From Alicyclobacillus sp. (lineage in GTDB: Bacteria; Bacillota; Bacilli; Alicyclobacillales; Alicyclobacillaceae): 64,000 bases of DNA. Below the pieces are notes generated by a model. The model searched no databases, was not told where the DNA came from, and saw only the letters and a program-made list of their open reading frames with translations. This document shows positions 26,426 to 35,327 of this stretch, piece by piece; position 1 is the first letter of the stretch; each line of letters opens with the position of its first letter. The position numbers and the translations under genes are program-made. Location: the NCBI GenBank assembly GCA_023511295.1, contig JAIMBT010000019.1, positions 4,241 to 68,240 on the forward strand, given 5' to 3'.

Positions 26426-27256
26426 TCAAGCGTTGGCGCGCTCGCTGTCGCCTTTCGTCGCCAACGTCGGACGAATCGGCACAGGGGCGACGGGCGCTTC
26501 ATCAACCGGCGCTTGTCCCAGGATGCCAGATATCTGGCGTGCAAATTCGGTGACACGCCGCGTCAGGTTCACGTTCTCTTTACGGACGGCTTCGCTCTCG
26601 GCAGCCAATTGTGCGTTTTTCATCTCCGCGGCGCGCAGCAAGGCCTCCAGCCGTTCGACCTGAGCGGACGTTTCGCGGCGCAACTTTCCGTAATCCGCAC
26701 TGAGGCTCTCATATCGAGCCTGCATATCGCGGATTTGACCCTGCAGACGCTCGTACTCGCCGTTGCGCGCGGCGAGCAACTGCTCGTAATCTTCCTGCAG
26801 TTGCTGGAGTTTGTATTGATAATCCACCACTTTGTGCTGCTCTTGCTCGAGGTCCATCTCGCGTTGCCGAAGCAATGCTTCCGTGCGTCTGCGAGCGTCG
26901 TCCACCTCATGAGTTCGCCGTTCTGCAAGTTCCAATTGCTTCCGCAGCTCTTGAATCTCCGTCTTCAGCGCGCGCCTGTCTTCAATCATCCGGCTGGCCG
27001 CCTGCAACAGGCTCGCCGAAGTTTCATCCTCCATGTACCCTTGCGTCATGGGGCGGCGGACGACCTCCTCTGTTTCCGGTACTGCTTCCGGACGGTCCAC
27101 GGGTGAAGCGTCGTTTGCAGCATCGTTGGTTGTGACGTCGATGTCCAGTACAGCAGGCTGCTTTGAGCCCCGAAGGAAGTGCAACATCCTGCGAAACAGG
27201 TTTGGCCGGGCCGCTTCTGCCTCGGCGGTCCCGGTGGAACCGGGTTCGTGCGCCAT
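26426..27256 (-). CDS. Hypothetical coiled-coil protein
   Basis: Start set at ATG 27254-27256, 9 nt after GAAGGAG. About 80 low-complexity residues, then about 170 residues of heptad-like, E/R/Q/L-rich sequence (RALKTEIQELRKQLELAERR...). No family recognised. Confidence 0.65.
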   Translation of the reverse strand: MAHEPGSTGTAEAEAARPNLFRRMLHFLRGSKQPAVLDIDVTTNDAANDASPVDRPEAVPETEEVVRRPMTQGYMEDETSASLLQAASRMIEDRRALKTEIQELRKQLELAERRTHEVDDARRRTEALLRQREMDLEQEQHKVVDYQYKLQQLQEDYEQLLAARNGEYERLQGQIRDMQARYESLSADYGKLRRETSAQVERLEALLRAAEMKNAQLAAESEAVRKENVNLTRRVTEFARQISGILGQAPVDEAPVAPVPIRPTLATKGDSERANA

Positions 27257-27618
27257 GGGCACTCGCTCCTTCAAGGGTTGTCCAAAGTGCAGGCCGGTCT
27301 GCCGTCCATCGCGGCCAGGCGACGGGGAGACCGCAGAGATGTCGCCATGGTCCGGCTTCCAACCGGTCCATCCCCCTGCACCAACGGCATCCGTACCCTA
27401 TCTGATGCATCTATAGTACAACAGATCCGCTGTGTTTCGACAAATTCCAACAGACTTTTGTCCGATCTCGCTGACCGGCCCCACTTACAGCGACTGGCGG
27501 GCTGAGGGGCAGACAAAGCGCTGGCCTGAAGCGGAGGGACGGTTCCGCCTCAGGCCAGTGAAGGTACACTCCAGCAAGGAAGCTCGGTTTCGCAAATCCG
27601 ATCTTTGATCTCGGCTGG

Positions 27619-29130
27619 TTACAGGTTCGCTTCGACGTGGTAATCCGCCGCCGTTGTCGAGTCGGTACCGCGGCTCAGCTTCACGGCGTTGAAGATGAGC
27701 GTCAACACAACGGCGACGACGATGTTGAGAATCAACGCCCAGATGGCTGCGTACCCAGCGATGGTCGCGCCGCCGAGGTGCAAGACGTACGTGGTGGACT
27801 TGTAACCCGTCGTACCCCACATGTAGATGCCGTACACGATGCCAGCCAGCCAGCCAATCAACAGTGCGCGCCGGTGGAACCAGCGGGTGTAGAGGCCGAA
27901 CACCAGAGCCGGGAACGTCTGCAGAATCAGGATGCCGCCAACCTGTTGCATGCTGATGGCGTACTGTTGCGGAAAGCCAAGGATGAACACCAGCGCGCCG
28001 ACCTTCACAATCAGCGACACAATCTTGGCCACCTTCGCCTCGTGGGCCGGCGTCGCGTCCTTCTTGAAGAACGGACGGTAGATGTTGCGCGTGAACAGGT
28101 TGGATGCCGCGATGGACATGATAGCCGCGGGCACCAACGCGCCGATGGCGATAGCTGCAAAGCCAAAGCCCGCAAACCACTGCGGGAACTCCTTCAAAAA
28201 CAGCAGTGGTACCGCGTTCGACGTCACCTTGGTCTGCACCCCCGCGGCCAAGGCCATAAAGCCAAGCAGGGCGATGATGCCGAGCATGAACGAGTAGGCT
28301 GGCAGCAGCGCCATGTTGCGCTTCACGACACGGCGACTGGACGCGCTGAAGACGGCGGTCATCGCGTGTGGGTACATGAACAGCGCCAGTGCGGAGCCGA
28401 ACGCGAGCGTTCCGTAGACGGAAAACTGGGCGGGAGACGCCACGAAGGCTCCCGGCGGCGTGTGCGTCGCGAGTGCCGCCTGGGCACCGTGGAAGATGTT
28501 GCCGAAACCGTGCAATTTGATGGGAATGATGATGATGGCCGCGAGCGCCGTGATGTAGATCATCAGGTCCTTGACAACGGCAATCATCGCCGGTGCCCGA
28601 AGGCCACTGGTGTACGTGTACAGCGCCAGGATGATGAAGGCGACAATCAGCGGCCAGTCACCGCCCATGCCCATCGCACTGAGGACAGCCTGCATGCCGG
28701 TCAACTGCAGCGCGATGTACGGCATCGTCGCGACAATGCCGGTGATTGCAATGGCGAGGGCCAAGGTCTTGTCACCGAACCGTCCCTCCACGAAGTCGGA
28801 GACGGTTACATACCCGTGCTTGCGCGCGACGGACCAGAAGCGCGGCAGAATGATGAAAAAGATGGGGTACACGACGATGGTGTACGGTACGGCGTAAAAC
28901 CCGAGGGCGCCGGCCCCGTACATCAGCGCGGGCACCGCGATGAATGTGTAGGCGGTGTACAAGTCACCGCCGACGAGGAACCAGGTGATGAGCGTTCCGA
29001 AACGCCGGCCCGCCAATCCCCATTCTTCCAAGTGGTTCAAATCCGCCTTCTTCCAGCGGGCAGCCACGAAGCCAAGCACCGTCACAAGCAGAAAGAAGAT
29101 AATAAATACGGTGAGTGCAGCCCATTTCAT
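27619..29130 (-). CDS. Sodium:solute symporter family transporter
   Basis: 503 aa, about 13 TM segments. The N-terminus and the DUF3311 partner gene are typical of the YodF/MctP-like SSS subgroup. Confidence 0.9.
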   Translation of the reverse strand: MKWAALTVFIIFFLLVTVLGFVAARWKKADLNHLEEWGLAGRRFGTLITWFLVGGDLYTAYTFIAVPALMYGAGALGFYAVPYTIVVYPIFFIILPRFWSVARKHGYVTVSDFVEGRFGDKTLALAIAITGIVATMPYIALQLTGMQAVLSAMGMGGDWPLIVAFIILALYTYTSGLRAPAMIAVVKDLMIYITALAAIIIIPIKLHGFGNIFHGAQAALATHTPPGAFVASPAQFSVYGTLAFGSALALFMYPHAMTAVFSASSRRVVKRNMALLPAYSFMLGIIALLGFMALAAGVQTKVTSNAVPLLFLKEFPQWFAGFGFAAIAIGALVPAAIMSIAASNLFTRNIYRPFFKKDATPAHEAKVAKIVSLIVKVGALVFILGFPQQYAISMQQVGGILILQTFPALVFGLYTRWFHRRALLIGWLAGIVYGIYMWGTTGYKSTTYVLHLGGATIAGYAAIWALILNIVVAVVLTLIFNAVKLSRGTDSTTAADYHVEANL

Positions 29131-29166
29131 AGGCCTCTGTATCCTCCCTCCCTGTCACCCCAAGAA

Positions 29167-29376
29167 TCAGGAATCCCGAAGCGCCCGGTACATGATGAAG
29201 GTCAGCACGGCACTGATGATGACCCAAAGCATCTGATACCAGTAGAAAAACGGAATGCCCCACAGCGTCGGCGACACAGACGAGTAAAACGAGGGGAACA
29301 GCGTGCCGATGCACGGGATGACAGCGAGCAGGTACCACCACGGGCTGCCCTTCTTTTTGCCCGGAGAGTTCTCCAT
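29167..29376 (-). CDS. Small membrane protein, DUF3311-like partner of the SSS transporter
   Basis: Trimmed to ATG 29374-29376 after GGGAGGGGG. 69 aa, two TM segments (MENSPGKKKGSPWWYLLAVIPC...FFYWYQMLWVII...). Sits immediately upstream of the symporter. Confidence 0.75.
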   Translation of the reverse strand: MENSPGKKKGSPWWYLLAVIPCIGTLFPSFYSSVSPTLWGIPFFYWYQMLWVIISAVLTFIMYRALRDS

Positions 29377-29580
29377 TTCTTTCACCCCCTCCCCCAATCT
29401 CATAACCCTTGCATCTTTTTGTTTTGCGCCGTGCAATCCACCTTATCCAAATTGCACGAACAAATCAAATATCATCTATCGCGAGAACGTTGTCAACGCG
29501 ACCTGCCATGGCAATTTGTAGCGTCCCCATCTATGGCATACTGGAGGAGACGGAATTGGAGAGAAGGCAGGCGATGGCTC

Positions 29581-30732
29581 ATGAAAACCGTCATCTCTGG
29601 GTACTTGGGCGGCAAACCCACCGACATCCTGTGCGAGGATGGGTTGATTCGGAAGGTCGGCGCTTGTTCGGCCGGAGAATTGGAGGGCGCCGTCGCGATT
29701 GATACACAGGGTCGGTTGTTGCCGGGATACGTCGACATCCACGTGCACGGGGGCGGCGGCGCCGACACGATGGACGCGACGCCGGAGGCGTTTCGCCAGA
29801 TCTGCGCGACACACGCTCGTCACGGCACGACGGGCCTGCTCCTCACGACCGTAACGGCGCCGGACGCCGACATTGAACAGGTCCTGCGCTCCTACCGGGA
29901 GCACCGCGACACGGCCCTCTGCGCGACGGCTGGAGACGCATTTGGGGCGGAAATCCTCGGGTTTCACATCGAAGGGCCGTACATCAACCCGAAGCGGCCG
30001 GGAGCCCAGCCTGCGCAGTACGTGCGACGGCCAGACCCGTCCGCATTGGAACGGTGGGTCCAGTTGTCGGAGGGCGCCGTTCGTCTCATCACGATGGCGC
30101 CGGAAGTCGCGGGGGCGCCAGAGCTGATAGATGCGGCGAACCGGCTGGGCGTGGTGGTGTCCGCGGGGCACTCGGACGCGTCGTACAGCGATGCGTGCAC
30201 CGGCTACGGACGGGGGATCCGTTCGACGACCCACCTGTTCAACGCGATGTCTGGATTGAACCACCGGGAGCCAGGGTTGGTCGGTGCGGCGTTGGACACC
30301 GAAGAGGCCTACGTGGAAGTCATCGCGGACCTGCATCACGTGCACCCGGCAGCCTTGCGGACGGCGGTACGCGTCAAGGGGGCAGAGAAGGTATTGGCCA
30401 TCACGGACTCGGTCCAGGCGACGGACATGCCTCCTGGTACGTACCAGCTCGGCGGGCAGCCGGTTTACTATCGGGACGGAACCGTCCGTCTCGCGGACGG
30501 GACTTTGGCGGGCAGTGCACTGACACTGGATGTCGCTATTCAGAACCTCCTGCGCATCCGCGCCATCCAGCCATCGGACGTGCCGCTGGTCTCTGCCCGT
30601 AACCAGGCGCGCCTGCTGCAACTGCCTCATGGAGAACTGTTGCCGGGACGGCCCGCGAACCTCATCGCCGTCGACCCGGACTGGACAGTCACCCACACCG
30701 TCGTCCGTGGACAGCTCGTCTTTCGCCGCTGA
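29581..30732 (+). CDS. nagA: N-acetylglucosamine-6-phosphate deacetylase
   Basis: This is the last 383 aa of the 1031-aa track ORF (the rest is a shadow of the symporter). Motifs GYVDIHVHGGGGAD, GFHIEGPYIN, SAGHSDA, HLFNAMS. The SD before ATG 29581 is weak. Confidence 0.9.
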   Translation: MKTVISGYLGGKPTDILCEDGLIRKVGACSAGELEGAVAIDTQGRLLPGYVDIHVHGGGGADTMDATPEAFRQICATHARHGTTGLLLTTVTAPDADIEQVLRSYREHRDTALCATAGDAFGAEILGFHIEGPYINPKRPGAQPAQYVRRPDPSALERWVQLSEGAVRLITMAPEVAGAPELIDAANRLGVVVSAGHSDASYSDACTGYGRGIRSTTHLFNAMSGLNHREPGLVGAALDTEEAYVEVIADLHHVHPAALRTAVRVKGAEKVLAITDSVQATDMPPGTYQLGGQPVYYRDGTVRLADGTLAGSALTLDVAIQNLLRIRAIQPSDVPLVSARNQARLLQLPHGELLPGRPANLIAVDPDWTVTHTVVRGQLVFRR

Positions 30733-30774
30733 CCCCTCACTGTGTTGTGGAGGATACCTCGAACCTTGTCTTCT

Positions 30775-30801
30775 ACGCGGCCATCCCGGAGATGGCCGCG
30801 T
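30775..30801 (+). terminator. Hairpin after nagA (11-bp perfect stem, 5-nt loop)
   Basis: ACGCGGCCATC-CCGGA-GATGGCCGCGT, 43 nt after the nagA stop. No U-tract. Confidence 0.5.
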
Positions 30802-30846
30802 CCAACCGCGCCAAATGATTCAATATACGACAAATGAACAGAACCG

Positions 30847-31677
30847 TTGATCTATCAGAATAGTGACCTCTATAATAGGTCCATCATCCATGACCGTCGA
30901 CGGCCGACGGTCGCCCGTGGGGGTGTTGTTCTGCAACCGATACAGCGTGCGCAGCCACTGGTCACCCAAGTCTATCAATACCTCCGGGACAGCATCCTGA
31001 CTGGCCAAATCGCTGCGGGCGAGAAGATTGTCGAAACCCGGTTGGCAGCCGATTTACAGGTCAGTCGCAGCCCGGTACGCGAAGCGATTCGGTTGCTTCT
31101 GAAAGACCAGTTGTTGACGGAACAAGACGGCGCCATCTGCGTGTTTCAGCCATCGCTGGAGGACTATTTCGAGTTGTACGACCTGCGCTTGGCACTCGAA
31201 CCCGCCGCGGCCCGAAAGGCGGCCGGAGCGGTGGCATCGGGACATGCACACGGGGAGCATTTGCTGCAACTGCAGGAGAATCTAGCAGCCACGAAACGGT
31301 GTGTGGACCAGATGGACATGGCGCACCTGCTGTCACTGAACGCGGCGTTCCATCACGTCGTCTGGGAAATGGCAGAGAACACGCGGTTCATCCGGATTCT
31401 CGTTGAAGTGTCTGCGTTGATTCAGTACTACGGCCGGTTGGTGTTGCGGGTGAACAACCTGCAGACGAACATCGTCGCCGAGCACGGCGCGATTGTCGAG
31501 GCGCTGCAAGCGGGGGATGGGGAAGCTGCCGCGAACGCGATGCACCGCCATATCACCCGAGACCTCGAGGTGTTCAAGGCGAAGGTCGCGAGTGCGGCGG
31601 ATGACAGCGCATCGTGGTTTGGACAGCCCCAGCCGGCTGGTATGATTTCAAGTTTCAAAAGGGGGGCAATACGATGA
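30847..31677 (+). CDS. GntR-family transcriptional regulator with FCD (FadR-type) C-terminal domain
   Basis: wHTH ...VYQYLRDSILTGQIAAGEKIVETRLAADLQVSRSPVREAIRLL... plus an FCD-like helical domain. The only canonical in-frame start upstream of the HTH is TTG 30847, which has no SD (see findings). The stop overlaps the next ATG (ATGA). Confidence 0.7.
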   Translation: MIYQNSDLYNRSIIHDRRRPTVARGGVVLQPIQRAQPLVTQVYQYLRDSILTGQIAAGEKIVETRLAADLQVSRSPVREAIRLLLKDQLLTEQDGAICVFQPSLEDYFELYDLRLALEPAAARKAAGAVASGHAHGEHLLQLQENLAATKRCVDQMDMAHLLSLNAAFHHVVWEMAENTRFIRILVEVSALIQYYGRLVLRVNNLQTNIVAEHGAIVEALQAGDGEAAANAMHRHITRDLEVFKAKVASAADDSASWFGQPQPAGMISSFKRGAIR

Positions 31678-33275
31678 AAATGATGAAGGCCAGCGTGACC
31701 GCAGCGGCAATGTTGATTGCGATGGGGGCGTTGACCGCCTGTGGTGGTGGCGCTTCGAACACCAGCGGATCGAGCAACAACGGATCTTCCGGAAGTTCAG
31801 GGAACACTCCAGCGAACACGGCCAGTTCGACGCCGTCGACATCGAGTGGCAGCACGCTCAATATCGGCTTGAACGCGGACCCGCCGACGCTCGATCCGTC
31901 CCTGTCCAGCGCACTGGTAGATCGCCAGATTATGCTCAACATCTACGACACCCTGTTCGCTCTCACGCCGGACGGGAAGATTGTCGGTGACCTGGTGAAG
32001 ACCTGGGAGATCAGCTCAGACGGACTCACCTACACCTTCCACCTGCAACAGGGTGTGAAGTTCCAGGATGGTACGCCGTTCAACGCCGCGGCCGTGAAGT
32101 TCAACCTGGAGCGCGACATGCAGCCTTCCTCCGCACGCAAATCGTCGCTCACAGCGATTCAGTCCATCGACACACCGAACGATGACACCGTGGTGCTGCA
32201 CCTTTCCCAACCGTTCAGCCCGCTGCTCGGCGTTCTCTCCGGGCGCAGCGGCATGATGGTCTCGCCGACGGCCGCGCAAAAGGAAGGCAGTAACTTTGCC
32301 AACCAGCCGGTTGGCAGCGGCCCGTACGAATTCGTCAGCCGTGTCAAGGGATCAACGCTTACCCTGAAGGCGAATCCGAATTATTGGAACGGAACGCCGA
32401 AGATCCAGAACGTCGTCTACCACATCTTTACGGACCCGAACGTGGAGCTGGCGAACCTAGAGAGCGGAGCGGTGCAGCTGATTGACACCGTGCCGGCGTC
32501 GCAACTGGCGAGTGTCAAGAACAACCCGAATTTCGTCGTTTCGAACACGCCGGGTCTTGGCTATCAGGGATTCTACCTGAATACGTCCACCGCTCCCTTC
32601 AACAACGTCTACCTGCGTGAGGCGGTGGATGCGGCGATTGACCGAAACGCCATCGTCAACGTCGTCTTCCAGGGCGAGGCATCTCCTGGCTGGGGGCCGT
32701 TCAGCCCGGCGTCACCCGTCTATGACGCCAAGACCGAGACCCCGCCGGCCCCGGACAACGCAAAGGTGAAGCAGTTGTTGCAGAAAGCGGGGGACCCGAA
32801 CGGGTTCAGCTTCACCTACCAGACCTCGACCAGTTCCGTCGCGGTACAGATGGCGCAGATGATTCAGAGCATGTTGCAGCAAGACGGCATTCAGATGAAG
32901 ATCCAGCAACTCGACTTCAGCACCCTGCTCGACAACAACATCAAACACAACTTCCAGGCGTCGGCGCTCGGTTGGTCTGGGCGTGTAGATCCGGACCAGG
33001 ATTCGTACAGCTTCTGGCACACGGGGGGGCCGAACAACGGATCGAACTTCAGCAACCCGCAGGTGGACCAGTTGCTCGACAAAGCGCGGACCATCTCGGA
33101 CATGAACCAGCGCAAGCAGGTGTATGACCAGTTCATGAACGTGATGCACCAACAAGATCCGTACATTTTCCTGTACTTCCCGAACAACGTGTACGCCTAC
33201 ACGAAGAACCTGCAAGGGTTCCAAGCGTACCCGGACGGCGTGTTCCGGCTCATCAATCTCTCGCTCGGGCAGTAA
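31674..33275 (+). CDS. ABC transporter substrate-binding lipoprotein, family 5 (Dpp/Opp/Gsi type)
   Basis: Trimmed to ATG 31674 after AAAAGGGGGG. Lipoprotein signal MKMMKASVTAAAMLIAMGALTACGG followed by an S/N/G-rich linker. Body is typical of family-5 SBPs. Confidence 0.9.
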   Translation: MKMMKASVTAAAMLIAMGALTACGGGASNTSGSSNNGSSGSSGNTPANTASSTPSTSSGSTLNIGLNADPPTLDPSLSSALVDRQIMLNIYDTLFALTPDGKIVGDLVKTWEISSDGLTYTFHLQQGVKFQDGTPFNAAAVKFNLERDMQPSSARKSSLTAIQSIDTPNDDTVVLHLSQPFSPLLGVLSGRSGMMVSPTAAQKEGSNFANQPVGSGPYEFVSRVKGSTLTLKANPNYWNGTPKIQNVVYHIFTDPNVELANLESGAVQLIDTVPASQLASVKNNPNFVVSNTPGLGYQGFYLNTSTAPFNNVYLREAVDAAIDRNAIVNVVFQGEASPGWGPFSPASPVYDAKTETPPAPDNAKVKQLLQKAGDPNGFSFTYQTSTSSVAVQMAQMIQSMLQQDGIQMKIQQLDFSTLLDNNIKHNFQASALGWSGRVDPDQDSYSFWHTGGPNNGSNFSNPQVDQLLDKARTISDMNQRKQVYDQFMNVMHQQDPYIFLYFPNNVYAYTKNLQGFQAYPDGVFRLINLSLGQ

Positions 33276-33438
33276 ACGGTCATGCGGCGGTGACGGCTTG
33301 TCGGGGGTGGTTGGCGGTGGACCTGCGCGGTCCGCGCCACCTCCCTCTGCCGCTACCTGGTGGCTCGTCGGGTCACATGCCTGACAGAACACCCGACATG
33401 TGCCGGGGCAAACACTTTTTGTGCAGGGGGGTTGAGCG

Positions 33439-34392
33439 ATGGCATATGTCGGAAAGCGGCTGCTGACGATGATTCCGGTCCTCATCTTTTTGAGCATCAT
33501 GGTGTTCAGTCTCATCCACTTGATTCCGGGCGACCCGGCGCAGGTGATTCTGGGGCAGGATGCCACTCCGCAGGCGCTCGCAGCGCTGCGCGCTCAGCTG
33601 GGATTGAACCATTCCGTGCCGGTGCAGTACTTCGACTGGATGGGGCGGCTGTTTCACGGCAACCTCGGCAACTCGCTGCTGGACAATGAACCGGTTTCCA
33701 AGCTGATTGGCCAGCGACTGCCCGTCACGGTGGAGTTGGCGGTCGGAACGGTGATTGTTGCGCTGCTGATTGCGTTTCCGCTCGGCGTGTTGGCGGCCGT
33801 GTACCGTGGCCGGTGGGCGGACTTTACGGCGCTCTTCGTCTCCACCATCGGGTTGTCGGTGCCGCCGTTTTGGATTGGCCTCTTGTTTTTGGTGTGGTTC
33901 ACTGTGAAGGCGCACATCTTCCCGTCTTCCGGTTACGTGCCGATATTCCAGAACTTTGGCCAGAACCTCTCCGTGATGTTTCTGCCCATGGTCGCAACGG
34001 GCATCCGTGAGGCGGCGGTGCTGTTGCGCATGCTCCGTTCGAGCCTGCTGGACGTGCTGGACCAAGACTTCGTCCGAACGGCTCGCGCCAAAGGTCTGCG
34101 CGGCTGGGGCGTGATTGTGGGCCACGCCCTGCGCAACGCGTTGATTCCGGTGATTACGACCGGTGGATTGCAGATTGCCGGACTGCTTGGCGGCCTGGTC
34201 ATCACGGAGCAGATCTTCACCTTGCCGGGTTTTGGTTCGCTCCTTGTCCAGTCCGTCTACAGCCGCGACTACCCGACGGTCCAGGCCTGCGCGCTGATTG
34301 CTGCGCTCCTCGTCGTCGTGGTGAACCTGTTGGTAGACCTGGTGTATGGCCTGACCGATCCGCGGATTCGCGTGCAAAGGGGGCGTGCGTGA
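33439..34392 (+). CDS. Peptide ABC transporter permease (DppB/GsiC-like)
   Basis: 317 aa. N-terminus MAYVGKRLLTMIPVLIFLSIMVFSLIHLIPGDPA is diagnostic of this permease family. Confidence 0.9.
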   Translation: MAYVGKRLLTMIPVLIFLSIMVFSLIHLIPGDPAQVILGQDATPQALAALRAQLGLNHSVPVQYFDWMGRLFHGNLGNSLLDNEPVSKLIGQRLPVTVELAVGTVIVALLIAFPLGVLAAVYRGRWADFTALFVSTIGLSVPPFWIGLLFLVWFTVKAHIFPSSGYVPIFQNFGQNLSVMFLPMVATGIREAAVLLRMLRSSLLDVLDQDFVRTARAKGLRGWGVIVGHALRNALIPVITTGGLQIAGLLGGLVITEQIFTLPGFGSLLVQSVYSRDYPTVQACALIAALLVVVVNLLVDLVYGLTDPRIRVQRGRA

Positions 34393-34393
34393 C

Positions 34394-35278
34394 ATGGCGC
34401 TGGCACAACCGTCGCTCGAACCAACCTCGGCTGTGCGCGTCCGCCGACACAGCCGCTTTCGGGCCATGCTCCGCAACCGGCAACTGGTGATTGGCGGCAT
34501 CATTGTGGCGGTGGTGCTCCTGGTCGCCATCTTCGCAAACCTCATCAGCCCGTACGACCCGAACACCCCGGCCTATTCGGACATCCTCAAAGGTCCATCG
34601 GCCAGCCATTGGTTTGGCACGGACCAACTCGGGCGGGATGAGCTGGCCCGTATCTTCATCGGTGCGCGGACCTCAATGACGGTGTCCATCGGTGCGCTGA
34701 TTGTCGGGCTCATCATCGGCGTGCCGCTGGGGCTCGTCAGTGGGTTCTACCGCGGGTTTTGGGACGACTGGATCATCATGCGCATCATCGACGCCATGCA
34801 GGCTTTCCCGTTTCTGATTCTCGCGTTGGTGATGGCTGCCATGCTGGGCCCTGGCGAGCGGAACGCGATGATTGCCATCGGGATTGGCTACGTGCCGGTC
34901 TTCGTCCGCATTGTCCGCGGGCAGGTGCTCGGGGAGTTGGAGAAGGAGTTCGTCAGCGCCGCGCGCATGGTGGGGGCGTCGGACGCACGGATTATGTGGC
35001 GGCACATCCTGCCCAACATCACCACGCCGTTGATTGTGCAAATGACGATCGCCATGGCGTCTGGTATCATTGCGGAAGCGAGCTTGAGCTACCTGGGGTT
35101 AGGGGTCTCTCCGCCGACGGCCAGTTGGGGTACGATGCTCCACGACGCGCAGGGGTACCTCGGGCAAGCGACGTATTTGGCTGTGATACCCGGTGTCGCC
35201 ATCGGAATTGCGGTTCTCGGGTTCAACCTGTTCGGCGACGGGTTACAGCAGTGGTTGGATCCGCGTAAGCACAACTGA
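34394..35278 (+). CDS. Peptide ABC transporter permease (DppC/GsiD-like)
   Basis: ATG 34394 lies 1 nt after the preceding stop. Motifs ...HWFGTDQLGRDELARIFIGARTS... and an EAA-like loop. Confidence 0.9.
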   Translation: MALAQPSLEPTSAVRVRRHSRFRAMLRNRQLVIGGIIVAVVLLVAIFANLISPYDPNTPAYSDILKGPSASHWFGTDQLGRDELARIFIGARTSMTVSIGALIVGLIIGVPLGLVSGFYRGFWDDWIIMRIIDAMQAFPFLILALVMAAMLGPGERNAMIAIGIGYVPVFVRIVRGQVLGELEKEFVSAARMVGASDARIMWRHILPNITTPLIVQMTIAMASGIIAEASLSYLGLGVSPPTASWGTMLHDAQGYLGQATYLAVIPGVAIGIAVLGFNLFGDGLQQWLDPRKHN

Positions 35279-35327
35279 GCGGCGTTCGCGTTCTCGGGGT
35301 CACAGTCTGGGAGAGGGGATCTGCACC

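Noticed and set aside
27637-30732. A 1031-aa ORF on the plus strand. Similar very long ORFs occur at 7808-9817 (+), 39553-41481 (+), 42299-43918 (-), 47909-49801 (-) and 58935-60080 (-).
   Set aside because: They run antisense to, or out of frame with, genes that have clear family signatures (SSS symporter, lutB/lutA, helD, pepC, GPH transporter, yhaN). Their translations are Arg/Pro/Gly/His-rich low-complexity sequence, typical of stop-poor shadow frames in GC-rich DNA. Only the last 383 codons of 27637-30732 (nagA) are real.
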